From an uncultured delta proteobacterium (GTDB lineage Bacteria; Desulfobacterota; Binatia; UBA9968), in the NCBI GenBank assembly GCA_963760795.1, contig CAVXEP010000022.1, positions 32,001 to 96,000 on the forward strand: a DNA stretch of 64,000 bases, given 5' to 3'. Made by a program: the position numbers and the translations under genes. The notes under the pieces are model-generated. The model was not told the DNA's origin. It was given only the letters and a program-made list of their open reading frames with translations, and did no database searches. Shown here piece by piece: positions 19,449-29,718 of this stretch. Every line of letters begins with the position of its first letter. The stretch's first letter is position 1.

Positions 19449-20648
19449 CTACTTCCGGCGAAACAAGCTATCCGCCATCCGCGAAGCCACCCCTTCTCGT
19501 TTCACCGTCTCTTCGTACTCCGCGCGAATAAACGGATCTTCCTCGTCGTACGGAATCGCCGTGCCGCCGTCGCGCACGTCGATGGCACCTTCGTCGATGG
19601 CTTTTTCCCCCGGTCGTCCCGGTTGTTGGGCGCGGTGGTTGTTCGGGCCGTACCAACCTAACAGGCGCAACGGCTCCTTGCTCACGCCGAAGTGCTGGTG
19701 GAACCAATCGCCGCTCATCGGCGCGGCGCTAACCATGCCGACGTGATCGTAGTCTTGGCGAATGATTTGGTCGCGATGGCCATCCTTCCATGGCGTGAGA
19801 CCGTATTTCACAGGCCATGTGTAAGTGTAGCCCTTGCCTTTAATGCAGACCAACACGGCGGCCGACGCGTGGGCATGGGCTTTTGAATAGCGGCCGTTCT
19901 CATGCTCGCCGATGAACTGATAGAAAACATTCTCGGTCATGCGCGGTTCCATGCGCCGGTAGCCGGGCGAGCGGCGGTTGTCCAACTGCAACTCGCTGTT
20001 GAAGACATCGGGAATGAGATTGGTCCGGCTCATGGCGAGGCCGCGCAGCGGATCAGGCACGACGTCGACGTTCGGCTTGAAGAAATCCTCGGCATCGTTG
20101 TAGCGATCTTTGAAAACGTAGGGGCAATTGAAAATGAAATCGCTGTTGCGCACCAGATTGACCATATTCGGCGCCGTGGTCGCCGCCAGTAACACCGCCG
20201 GCGTCGACCGGGCGTTGACCACACGATGCCAGGCATTCATCGGGATCGAAAAGAGCGAGCCGGTTTGCCACTCGAACTGATGCTTGCGCGCCGAGCCGTC
20301 CACCCATACTTCCGTGGTGCCGCGCCCCTCGACCACCAAATAAATTTCTTCGTACATATGGCGCTCGACCTTAAGCCCGTCGGCGCCGGGAATTTCGACG
20401 ACATAGCAACCCCATAACCCTTCAGTGCCATAGAGCTGAATGAACGTGCCCTTGCCGCCGAGACGCTTCCACGGTTTGAACGGCAGCTCTTGCACGCGCT
20501 CGACACCGATGCCGCGATAAATCGGCACGCCCTCGCTTTCCATAAAGTTATCGTAAGGCGAGTTGGGCCGGTTCCAGCTGCCGATACCCGCGTTCTGCCC
20601 TTTGTCCGGCTCTTGCCACTCTGTAGGATTCGGTGTTCCTTGCGCCAT
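19449..20648 (-). CDS. Bicupin protein (possible ring-cleaving dioxygenase-like)
   Basis: Cupin motifs 'RHMYEEIYLVVEGRG...IPMNAWH' and 'HAHASAAV...KGKGY...WFHQHF'. RBS GGAG. Confidence 0.8.
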   Translation of the reverse strand: MAQGTPNPTEWQEPDKGQNAGIGSWNRPNSPYDNFMESEGVPIYRGIGVERVQELPFKPWKRLGGKGTFIQLYGTEGLWGCYVVEIPGADGLKVERHMYEEIYLVVEGRGTTEVWVDGSARKHQFEWQTGSLFSIPMNAWHRVVNARSTPAVLLAATTAPNMVNLVRNSDFIFNCPYVFKDRYNDAEDFFKPNVDVVPDPLRGLAMSRTNLIPDVFNSELQLDNRRSPGYRRMEPRMTENVFYQFIGEHENGRYSKAHAHASAAVLVCIKGKGYTYTWPVKYGLTPWKDGHRDQIIRQDYDHVGMVSAAPMSGDWFHQHFGVSKEPLRLLGWYGPNNHRAQQPGRPGEKAIDEGAIDVRDGGTAIPYDEEDPFIRAEYEETVKREGVASRMADSLFRRK

Positions 20649-21019
20649 GAGGCTCTCCTGGTTTGACTCGATATTACTGTCTAGTTCGAGGTTGAATGAA
20701 GTTTCCCGCCCTTAGGTGAATCTTTAGTTCTCATGGCGGTCGTTCGATTCTACGCAGGAAAACTCGTCAAAGGAACCGATGCGGCCCTCTTTAAGTATGT
20801 TCCTGTTTCAAGTTCTTCAATTATTTGTGATTACTTCATTGTCTGTTCTCCCTATCTATACGCTAGAACCGCGTGGGATTTAAGGCGACGCCGTCCCTTT
20901 TCTTGACTCGTTCAACCATATCGATATAGCGTTGCAGGATGCCAGAACGGTTATTTGATCGATTCGTTCAAGCGTTCAAAAGTTCAAGGTCGGAACGGAC
21001 AAAATTTAGGAGACCGACA

Positions 21020-21916
21020 ATGGCTACAACCGGAGACACCATCTACGAATGGGACAAAAACCCGCGCATGCCGGTGCCGGCGCCGCCGGCGGGGAGCTGC
21101 GATTGCCAGTTTCATATCTACGGCGACCCGGCGCAGTTTCCGCCGCGGACCAATGCGCCCTACCCGCCGATTGAAAGCGCGACGTTTAGCGAAGCGCAGC
21201 GCATGCATAAAGCCATCGGCTTCACTCGCGGCGTCATCGTCCACAGTGCGATCTACGGCAGCGATCACCGCCTGTTGCTGCATGCGCTCGAAAGCTTGAA
21301 CGATCGCGACCGCTACCGCGGTATCGGCATTGTCGACGATCGAGTATCCGACAAAGAACTAGAACGCTTGCATGCGGCGGGTGTGCGCGGCGCGCGCTTC
21401 AACTTCGTACGCTTCTTCGCTATGGAGCAGCGCGAGGCCGAGGTTCGGCGCTCGATGGCGCGCATCAAGGAACTCGGCTGGCACGCCCGGCTCCATGTCA
21501 ACGGAGAAGATCTAATCGAGAATTCAACGCTGCTCCGTTCGCTCAAGGACATCCCGATGGTGATCGACCATTTCGGCCATGTCGGCTTTGACGGCGGCAT
21601 GGACCGGCCGGTGATCCGTTGGGTGCTCGATTCGCTCAAGCTGGATAACTGGTGGATGATGGTCTCCAACGGCAATCGCGATTCGCACATGGACGCAGGC
21701 TGGGACGACGCCCTGCCCTACGGCAAGGCGTTTATCGAAGCCGCGCCCGATCGCATCGTCTGGGGCACCGACTGGCCCCATCCGCAATGGAAGAAACGCA
21801 TGATGAACGACGCCGAGGAAGTCGAGTTGCTATACCGCTACGTCGACGGCGACGAGGCGTTATTGAAAAAGATCTTGGTAGACAATCCGGCGCGGCTGCA
21901 CGGGTTCAACAAATAG
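21020..21916 (+). CDS. Amidohydrolase_2 family (2-pyrone-4,6-dicarboxylate lactonase-like)
   Basis: 'PPAGSCDCQFHIYG', 'GVRGARFN', 'VIDHFG', 'APDRIVWGTDWPH', 'ILVDNPARL'. Confidence 0.85.
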   Translation: MATTGDTIYEWDKNPRMPVPAPPAGSCDCQFHIYGDPAQFPPRTNAPYPPIESATFSEAQRMHKAIGFTRGVIVHSAIYGSDHRLLLHALESLNDRDRYRGIGIVDDRVSDKELERLHAAGVRGARFNFVRFFAMEQREAEVRRSMARIKELGWHARLHVNGEDLIENSTLLRSLKDIPMVIDHFGHVGFDGGMDRPVIRWVLDSLKLDNWWMMVSNGNRDSHMDAGWDDALPYGKAFIEAAPDRIVWGTDWPHPQWKKRMMNDAEEVELLYRYVDGDEALLKKILVDNPARLHGFNK

Positions 21917-21956
21917 CGCTATGGCGTAGTACCGATACAAGGTCGGATCGGATTTT

Positions 21957-22038
21957 TAACCACAAAAACACGAACCACACAAAAGTTCGGAATCCATCCG
22001 GATCTAATTTTCGCGGATTTCGTGCTTTTCGTGGTTAA
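21957..22038. repeat. Imperfect palindrome with 9-nt periodic arms between convergent genes
   Basis: TTAACCACAAAAACACGAA ... TTCGTGCTTTTCGTGGTTAA, the same family as 6012-6113. Confidence 0.7.
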
Positions 22039-22089
22039 CCTTTGAATCCTTTTTGGGTTCTTTGCGGCTAATCCTCCGATTCCGAATCC

Positions 22090-23194
22090 TCAATTTGACG
22101 CCGCGCCCAACTTGTAAAAGCTGGCGGCGTTGCCGCGCAGGACCGCCTGCTTGGCCGCCATCGCTAATTTCCTTGCGCTCCTGGAGTTCGTGAATCTCCT
22201 TGCGGATCGTTTGCAGGTTCACTTCGTGCGGGAAGTCCGACGAGAACATGAACGCTTGCTCGCCGGCGACTTTGATCGCGTAGGGTAGATCGCTTTCACC
22301 GCCTTCGATCCCCACCACCAGGCGGCCCGCTCGGACTAGCCCGAAGATGTACTCCGCGACGGTTTGTCCCTCCGGCAATTGCAGCAGCTCCCCGCGCGGA
22401 TTGACCGGGGTGCCGGCCTCGAAGGATCGCGACAGACGTTCGAGCGCCATGAGAAACCACAGCGGACCGCCTTCCAGATAAGCGACGCGCAGACCGGAGA
22501 AGCGTTCGAACAAATTGTTGAGCACCATCTCCGCCAGAGCGATCGCCAGCGACATCGGATGGCCGATGGCGTTGGCGCCGGTGGAAACGTTCATGGTTTC
22601 CATTCCTAAGTCCCAATGGCCGCCGCCGTGCACGACGACCGGGATACCCAAGCGCGCCGCCTCGGCGTAGACTGGCCAGTAGGGCTTGGCGCCGAGATTC
22701 AAATGAACTCCAGTGGCGGGAAACAGCACGGCGGCCATGCCCAAGTCTTTGTGCGCATGTTGCAGCTCCGCCAACGCCGCATCGGCATCATGCATCGGTA
22801 ACAGCGCGACGCCTTTGAAACGTGAATCGCGCCGCAGATAGGTCTCCGCCAGCCAGTCGTTGTAAGCGCGCGCCGCGCCGCAAGCGTAGTCGCGGTCGAC
22901 GATACGGCCAATGCGTTGGCCCGCGGTGGGAAAGAGCACTGCGTAGTCGATCTCCGCCTCCTCCATGAACTTGATCCAGCCCTCGGGACCGGGGTTGACA
23001 AACCGGCCTTCGGCGTTGGTCGCGAAAGCCCCCGGCGGCGTGCGCGTCAGGGAATACTGGATATGGCTGTTGAGCGGAAACACGCCGCTGCGCAGCCGCG
23101 CGCCGGTCGCGCTGTAGGGAAAGTGCCGGGCGATGCCATCGCTGTCTTCGAATATATGACCGTCGCCGTCGATGACTTTCAATTGCTGTGTCAT
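22090..23194 (-). CDS. Amidohydrolase_2 family metallo-hydrolase/decarboxylase (apparent frameshift near 22160)
   Basis: 'VIDGDGH', 'VLFPT', 'AYNDWL', 'SSDFPH'. Removing one base near 22160 restores the typical C-terminus 'AKQAVLRGNAASFYKL' with a stop at 22090. Confidence 0.8.
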
Positions 23195-23645
23195 TGGTTT
23201 CTCCTCTGCCGACGTTTTTGCCAAACCAGGTGTTGCGAAAGTTTGCTTGAGACATGGGCGACCGCGTCGCGCCATGACTAAAGGCCGCGGCCACTCAGCG
23301 GCCCGTGCTTGTTTACCGTCACGATAGCTTCAACATCTGCCTGATAGCACCGCGCCATGAAAATTGTCAATCCGGCAGTGAACGTTTCTGTATATCTAAG
23401 AATAGCCGAGAAACTCGAGCCATTTCACCTTGGCAGCAAAACGCCACAAGGCGCGGCGATTTCTAATATCGCGCGCGGCTCGACTGCGGGAATTGGTCGG
23501 AAATTGTTATTGCAGGCAATGACGGCGAGGATATCCGCTGCGTCGGTCTGTTGGATGCGCTTGGCCAGGTAAGGCCCAAAGGCCGACGGTAATTTCCACC
23601 GTCAAACGTTCGAGGGCGCACCGCGGCAGTGCCGGCGAGCTGCGA

Positions 23646-24494
23646 TCAAGTCTGCTCTCGCTTCTCCCTCATGTGGGTCAAGCAACGAAGAAACAGATAA
23701 ACTTCGGTCGGGTTCTTGAGAAATCGAGCGGCTACGGTCTTTCGTGGCGTTTCCTCGACTAGAATAGCCATGCCTTTTTCCGCAATGGCTGCAAACGCCG
23801 CTTCATCGGTGCGGTCGTCACCAATATAGATCGGCAATGCGGTTGAAGCATAATGTGCGAGGATTTGCGTTATAGCATCTGCTTTCGTCATGCCTGTCGG
23901 TTTCGCTTCAATGACGTCTTTGCCGGCCAAAAGCTCTAGTTTGACGCCTTGCTGCTGATATTCATGGACCGCACGGACAAACTCCTGGCGCGCCGCCAAT
24001 GCTGTGTCGCCGTCGGCCCGCCGGAAGTGCAGGGCCAGAGCAATGCCCTTGTCTTCCACGATGATTCCATCAGCGTCCGCCAGAGCCCGGCGCAACTCTT
24101 CGTGCAAGCAACGTAGTGTGTCGACAATCACCCGGTTCGGCCATGACCGATTGAACGTGCCGTCGGGCGCCGCCCACTCCAAGCCGTGGCATCCGACATA
24201 ATAAATCTGCTCTAAACCGATGAGCCGCCTCAGCTTGTCAATGGGACGGCCACTGACGATTCCAACCGAGCATCCGGGCAAAGAATGAAAATCTTGCAGC
24301 CAACGTCTTCGCGGCTCGCTAAACAAGACATCGGCTGGAGTTGGCGCGATTTCGGCCAGGGTGCCGTCAAAGCCAAGAAACACAAATATTTCAGGCGCCT
24401 CGATAACTATCTGCCAAAAATCTTGATCATGAAAGTTTAATCGTTGGGGAATCCCACCAGGTTGAAGCGATTGATTTATGCTATCGGTCGTCAT
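23646..24494 (-). CDS. otsB: Trehalose-6-phosphate phosphatase-like HAD protein (first catalytic Asp replaced by Gly)
   Basis: 'FLGFDGTL' (normally FLDxDGTL), 'VSGR', 'GCHGLE', 'EDKG..LALHFR', 'YIGDDRTDEAAF'. Confidence 0.85.
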   Translation of the reverse strand: MTTDSINQSLQPGGIPQRLNFHDQDFWQIVIEAPEIFVFLGFDGTLAEIAPTPADVLFSEPRRRWLQDFHSLPGCSVGIVSGRPIDKLRRLIGLEQIYYVGCHGLEWAAPDGTFNRSWPNRVIVDTLRCLHEELRRALADADGIIVEDKGIALALHFRRADGDTALAARQEFVRAVHEYQQQGVKLELLAGKDVIEAKPTGMTKADAITQILAHYASTALPIYIGDDRTDEAAFAAIAEKGMAILVEETPRKTVAARFLKNPTEVYLFLRCLTHMREKREQT

Positions 24495-24531
24495 GCAGAT
24501 GCCCTCTCGACCGCTGATTTCGACCCCCCGT

Positions 24532-25121
24532 CTAGCGTCTGGGTCCCTGGGCCGTGATCACAAACCTGTCGCGGCGATTTTTTTGCCGGCAATCTTCGGA
24601 CTGCGATTGGCAGGCCGGAATCTCCTCGCCGTAGCTTATTGTGGCGATTCGATCCGCCGAAATACCGAGGCTCGTTAAATAGTCTTTGGCCGCTTGCGCT
24701 CGCTTGGCACCGAGAGCCAAATTGTACTCATTGGTGCCGCGTTCGTCGGAATGACCTTCGATTTCAACGCGTGCTGTTGGATTTTTCTTGAGCCAGTCGG
24801 CGTTGGCGCGCAGAATCGCCCAGTCTTCGGTGTCGAGTTCGTACTGGTCGAAGTCAAAGTACACTTCTCTTAACCCGCCATCACCCGACCTCAGCGCGGC
24901 ATCGCCTCCCCGCAGCGCTTCTAAGCTCGATTTGAACGCAAAGTGTCAGGGGTCAAGCCTGGAGACTCTAGTGCGCCCGACTGCGACTGCGGCGTGAATG
25001 GTCGGGGTGACGGTACACTTATCGATTTCTTTGCCGCAGGCTCAAATGTTGAACAGCCGGTCGTACCCATCAATCCTGCGATCACAAGACCGATAATAAC
25101 GTCCGCATAGCGATACCTCAT
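24532..25121 (-). CDS. pal: Peptidoglycan-associated lipoprotein (OmpA C-terminal domain), frameshifted near 24940
   Basis: 5' part has a signal peptide and lipobox ('TTGC'). 3' part reads 'VYFDFDQY...IEGHSDERGTNEYNLALGAKRA...ISYGEE...NRR'. Confidence 0.85.
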
Positions 25122-25357
25122 CTGCGGTCTTTCCCAATCATATTAGTCGTCATGCAAAGCGGATGAACGTCTTTGCCGTTTGACAATCCACAGCTCATCC
25201 GAGCATTGATTTTTCGTCGGGCGTCTGAAGTTCCCGCGGAGAATATCAACCGCTTTGCAAACGGAGCATCTTCCCCGCGGGGACAGAAACACCGAGGAAA
25301 CATTCAAATACGACTGCGCGTGCTCGTCGAGGAAAACATTACATAACACCAATGCTA

Positions 25358-25615
25358 TTAGAAAATACCCCTCAACAAACCACCGACGGCTCGGAAAGGA
25401 AGGGATAGAACGTCGCCTACCACATCGACGGTGCTGCTCAATACGCCGCCAGATTCCCCCCGAGTTTCTGTAGTCGTCGTTTCGGTGCGGTTCTCTACGG
25501 CCGCTTCTGTAGGATACTGTCGAGTTTCGCTGGTAACCGTCCGCGTTTGAGTTGAACACCCAACGCCCAAACTCAGAACTAAAAGACTACCCACGAGCAA
25601 ATTACTTTTTCGCAT
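25358..25615 (-). CDS. Small Thr-rich lipoprotein, hypothetical
   Basis: RBS AGGAGG, lipobox 'LGVGC', C-terminal amphipathic 'VGDVLSLPFRAVGGLLRGIF'. Confidence 0.75.
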   Translation of the reverse strand: MRKSNLLVGSLLVLSLGVGCSTQTRTVTSETRQYPTEAAVENRTETTTTETRGESGGVLSSTVDVVGDVLSLPFRAVGGLLRGIF

Positions 25616-25680
25616 GACAACCTCCTGCCGGGAGCGAAATTTAAAACTCACAACGCGGCTCCCTGCCTACACTATGAATG

Positions 25681-25697
25681 AGCAAGGCCTGTACCAG
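25681..25697 (-). promoter_or_regulatory. Sigma54 (-24/-12) promoter of the lipoprotein-pal-otsB genes
   Basis: Minus strand CTGGTACAGGCCTTGCT = TGG-N10-GC with TTGC. Confidence 0.6.
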
Positions 25698-25918
25698 GCC
25701 CAGAAAAAGTAATGCCTTTGATCTTGCTGGACTTTTAACAGAGTGAAGTGGCCGGGCTATCGATGGAAGGATTTTCCCGGGTAAGTGAAAGGGATTCCCC
25801 CTACAACCTGCGTCAACCGAATTGTAAAAAGGGATTTCGCAGAGTTCGCCTAAAGCACCGCGCAATGCGCCGCACCTAACGTTATTTGAATGAGTTTCAC
25901 CAGCGGGAGGGTGTAAGA

Positions 25919-27190
25919 TTAAGACGGTTCTTGTTCAGTTGCTTTTTTTTCCGTGGACTGCTGATTCAACGGCAAATGAATGGTAAAGGTAGTTCCCTGT
26001 CCAGGCTGGCTTTCCACCTCAATCCGCCCGCCGTGAGATTTTACAATCCTCTCGCATATCGGCAGACCCAATCCCATGCCACGCCACTTCCTAGCGGTGA
26101 AAAAAGGCTGAAAGATCTTGGGCAGAGTGTCCGCGTCAATGCCAAACCCGGTATCCGCCACCGCGACGGTCATCTGACCGGACGAATTTTGCTTTGCTCT
26201 CAGGGTTAACTTCCCACCTGCTGGCATGGCATCCATCGCATTGAGCGACAAATTCACCAGCACCTGCTGCAACTGCTGCGGGTCGGCATAGATTCGCGGC
26301 AGTTCCGGCGCGATTTCCTGGACGGCTTGGACGTCTTGCTTGTACAGCCGGGTCGAGATCATTTCCAACGTTTTGCTAATCGTCTCTTGGACATCGATCA
26401 ATATGAAATCCGTGCTTTTGGGCCGGCCGAATTCCAAAAGGTCCCGGACCATTTTTTCACAGCGCTTGGTCTCTTCAGAGATGATCTGTATGGGACGATA
26501 GCTCGGATCGGCGGGGTCCATGTCGGCTAAAAGACCTTGAGCAAAACCAAGGATAATTCCCAGCGGGTTATTGAACTCATGGGCCATCGAAGCCGATAGC
26601 TCGCCGACCGAGACAAGGCGGCCCGAGGCGATCAGTTGCTCCTCCAGTTCTTGGGCTTGTTTACGCAGCTTCTGCTCGCTTTCCCGCAGCGCTTCCTCCG
26701 TCCGTTTGCGATTCGTGATATCGATAATCGACACGAGGACGAAAGTTACGTCATTGATTTGGATTGGGTTAAGGCCGATCTCGACAGACACTTCTGATCC
26801 GTCCTTGCGCATGCCAAACAGATCACGGCCCGCTCCCATAGGGCGAGACTTCGGAGAGAGAAAAAACCCGGCCCGGAAGTCAGCGTGTTTGCCGCGAAAG
26901 CGCGCCGGCACGAGCGCGTCAATCGACTGCTGGAGCAACTCCTCTCGTGGGTACCCGAAAAGGCTCTCGGCGTGGGCATTGGTTAAGACGATTCGCCCAT
27001 CCTTGCCGACCATAATCATCGCGTTTGGAGAAGCCTCAACCGCCAGGCGAAAGCGCGCCTCGCTTTGCTCTAGCGCTTGCTGCTTTATCCGCTCATTCAT
27101 GTGGAATAGGTCCACGAACGCAGCGACCTTGGCTTTCACCACTTCCGGAACCACCGGCTTGAAATTGTTATCCACTGCGCATGAAAACAC
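25919..27190 (-). CDS. PAS-domain sensor histidine kinase (NtrB-like), N-terminally truncated
   Basis: PAS 'EASPNAMIMV...GRDLFGMRKDGSE', H-box 'AHEFNNPL', N-box 'NLSLNAMDAM', G boxes 'DTGFGI', 'GLGL'. Confidence 0.88.
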   Translation of the reverse strand: MFSCAVDNNFKPVVPEVVKAKVAAFVDLFHMNERIKQQALEQSEARFRLAVEASPNAMIMVGKDGRIVLTNAHAESLFGYPREELLQQSIDALVPARFRGKHADFRAGFFLSPKSRPMGAGRDLFGMRKDGSEVSVEIGLNPIQINDVTFVLVSIIDITNRKRTEEALRESEQKLRKQAQELEEQLIASGRLVSVGELSASMAHEFNNPLGIILGFAQGLLADMDPADPSYRPIQIISEETKRCEKMVRDLLEFGRPKSTDFILIDVQETISKTLEMISTRLYKQDVQAVQEIAPELPRIYADPQQLQQVLVNLSLNAMDAMPAGGKLTLRAKQNSSGQMTVAVADTGFGIDADTLPKIFQPFFTARKWRGMGLGLPICERIVKSHGGRIEVESQPGQGTTFTIHLPLNQQSTEKKATEQEPS

Positions 27191-27335
27191 CGCCCGCTCG
27201 ATGTGCGTTTATTCTTGCGCGTATTTGGCACGCTCATTGGGAGTCATAATTGGTGCCAATGCTCTGATCGTCAAAGTATGCTTCACCAACCGCGTAAGTT
27301 CTTTCTCGCTGATGATTGTCCGGCGGGCGAATTTA

Positions 27336-27734
27336 TCAAGACTTGTTCTGTTCAACCTCGATCAGTTTAAGAACCATCTCCCGCAACTGATCATCTCCAT
27401 TGATGGTTTGATAGAGCACACCAAACCGCGCCATCGTCAGCCCCTCCCGTTCGAGCGCCGCGCTGAACCTAGCCACTGCCTCTTGCTCGATCCTGCTCTT
27501 TTCCTGCGGTGTTTTTGCCGCGCTCATTTGAATCTCAGAAACCCCGCGAATTTTATCGAGCTCCACATAGGATTTCGCGAACGCTTGCAATTCCCCATCG
27601 CTAAATTTTTCCGGCCCGGCGAATGACTGTCGTTCCGCTCCATTTGCTTGCGCCCAAACCACCGTAACCGACGACGTGAGGAGCACAATCAACGCCAAGC
27701 CAAATATCAGCAAGTTCATCATTTTATTCTTCAT
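27336..27734 (-). CDS. Secreted DUF4168-like helical protein
   Basis: RBS GAGGAGG, signal peptide, 'FSDGELQAFAKSY', 'EGLTMARF..LYQTINGD..L'. Confidence 0.7.
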   Translation of the reverse strand: MKNKMMNLLIFGLALIVLLTSSVTVVWAQANGAERQSFAGPEKFSDGELQAFAKSYVELDKIRGVSEIQMSAAKTPQEKSRIEQEAVARFSAALEREGLTMARFGVLYQTINGDDQLREMVLKLIEVEQNKS

Positions 27735-27812
27735 GGAAACCTCCTCGGTTCAAGAAACAGAGATCACATTAAAATACGCAGAATGGGATAGTCGGTCCTG
27801 TTTAGCAGAGTC

Positions 27813-27829
27813 AGCAAGCATTATGCCAA
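27813..27829 (-). promoter_or_regulatory. Sigma54 (-24/-12) promoter of the DUF4168 gene
   Basis: Minus strand TTGGCATAATGCTTGCT, close to the consensus TGGCAC-N5-TTGC. Confidence 0.7.
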
Positions 27830-28857
27830 GAAGCAGCCCAGCACCGGATGCCCGATCACAAACGCTTAGAACGGCAATCCCAAGTTCGGTTCCTTTGAAG
27901 GGCTGCGGTCCAAATGTACCGATTTACTAATGAATCATGCTGGCTGGGGGTGACATCCAGCATCGAGATTTTACTCTGACTCTTGCGTCGGTTGTGAAGA
28001 CTTCACCACTGTTTGCAGGTAATTTTCCGCTGTAGCACCGCAGGTATTTCCTGCGCTACTTTACGGTCGCTTGCGATTCACGCTGATACTCGCAAGCCTA
28101 TATTTCAAATCATAGTCCGCCTTCATCAACTGCAAGCGCTAAATCACCCGGAGAAGGCTTTTCGCCTAGGTTGCGACGTGAGAATCAGCACACCGCAGCG
28201 AGTCATCGAATTTCTCCAAGGACCGATAAATCGCGAACGGAGCACGCGGCTATGATACTCACGCTGGAGCAAGCTTATGCCCTCGGCATCCCTGAGTAGC
28301 TTTGCTTTCGAGGATAACAATGCTGCCAGTCCATCGCGCAACGCGGCCTCCCGAAGAGCTTTGTTACGTTCCTTGCAGTCTGCTGGATTTTGCCATCCGG
28401 CCGCGTAGCAGCTCCACATGGAGCCAGTTAGCCCAAGAATCCGCCATAAGTAGCTCCGCCGGGGAAGTCTTGGCCACGGCGCCGCTCAGGCATTGATCGT
28501 GCCGCGGCAACGACTGACGGTAATTACTCTCTTCCGGAACCACGATGGGACGTTAGATTAGAATGACGCTCGCTGTTGTGTGGCATTTGATACCATCAGA
28601 GCATTTCTGCCGGCCGACCAAAATAAGCAGCTAACCGAAGAGTTCGATGAGGCCAGTATGGAACACCGTCACGCTGACAAAGATCGGCCGTTTTTTTGGT
28701 TTTTTGCTAGCGCCCAGACTCGCGGGGCTCGATGCACCGACGGCGAATTTGATGGCGTCGACATGGTCGACAGTACCGCTTACGAGTTGACTATGGCCAA
28801 GCACCGGTAAACCGGATGAGGAAGAAAACCGGTTGACCGCGTGCTAGGATTGCCGCC

Positions 28858-29565
28858 ATGTGCGGACGGTTCACACAGACCTTCGACTTTCGCGAGATCA
28901 AAGTGCGGTGGAATATCGAGCGCGATCTCGAGTTCGCGCCGCGCTACAACATCGCGCCATCGCAAAAAGTGCCGGTGATCGTCACGGGCGAGAGCGGCAA
29001 TGAGGTGAGGATTATGAAGTGGGGCTTGGTCCCTTTTTGGGCGCCCGCCCCTTCCATCGGCAACCGAATGATCAACGCGCGCGCTGAAACGCTGATGGAA
29101 AAGCCCTCCTTTACGCACTTGGTCGAGCAGCGGCGCTGCCTGGTGCCGGCGGACGGTTTCTATGAATGGCGCCGTGAGGGAAACCGGAAGTTTCCCATGT
29201 TGATCCGCTTGAAAAAAAAAGAGGCGTTCGCCTTCGCCGGCCTGTGGGACTCGTGGCGTAACCCACAGTCGTCCGAGGATGTGCTCAATACCTTCACGAT
29301 CATCACGACCAAGCCCAACTCGATGCTTAAGCATATTCACGACCGCATGCCGGTGATCTACGATCAGGAAATGGGCAAGCAGTGGCTAGAGGATGTCGGG
29401 ACGTCCAGCTCGATGATGCTCGACGCGATACTGCAGCCGATGCCGGCAAATTACATGGAAGCCTACGAGGTCTCGAAGATGGTCAACGCGCCGGCCAATG
29501 ACCAGTCGGAGTGCGTCCAGCCGGTACCCGGCGGGCAAGTGTGGGATGGAGAAGATTACGTCTGA
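28858..29565 (+). CDS. SOS response-associated peptidase (SRAP/YedK/HMCES family)
   Basis: N-terminal 'MCGRF', 'RYNIAPSQ', 'WGLVP', 'INARAET', 'RCLVPADGFYEW', 'HDRMPVI'. Confidence 0.93.
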   Translation: MCGRFTQTFDFREIKVRWNIERDLEFAPRYNIAPSQKVPVIVTGESGNEVRIMKWGLVPFWAPAPSIGNRMINARAETLMEKPSFTHLVEQRRCLVPADGFYEWRREGNRKFPMLIRLKKKEAFAFAGLWDSWRNPQSSEDVLNTFTIITTKPNSMLKHIHDRMPVIYDQEMGKQWLEDVGTSSSMMLDAILQPMPANYMEAYEVSKMVNAPANDQSECVQPVPGGQVWDGEDYV

Positions 29566-29718
29566 AATTTCTGGCAGGGCAAGATCGATCGCGAGTCTCG
29601 AAGCAGGACACGGCGGGAGTCAAATGGCCCGGATCGCCGGCTAAGGTGCAATCCTAGTGAAACCTTGGCCGGCATCCGATGAAACGAGCGGCGAAACAGC
29701 GAAAAACAAGAGGAAAGT

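Noticed and set aside
26571-27626. 351-aa plus-strand ORF
   Set aside because: Antisense to the histidine kinase and DUF4168 genes, with Ser/Arg-rich non-protein-like composition.
27930-28810. Short ORFs between DUF4168 and SRAP
   Set aside because: No recognisable motifs, RBS or consistent frame; probably degraded DNA.
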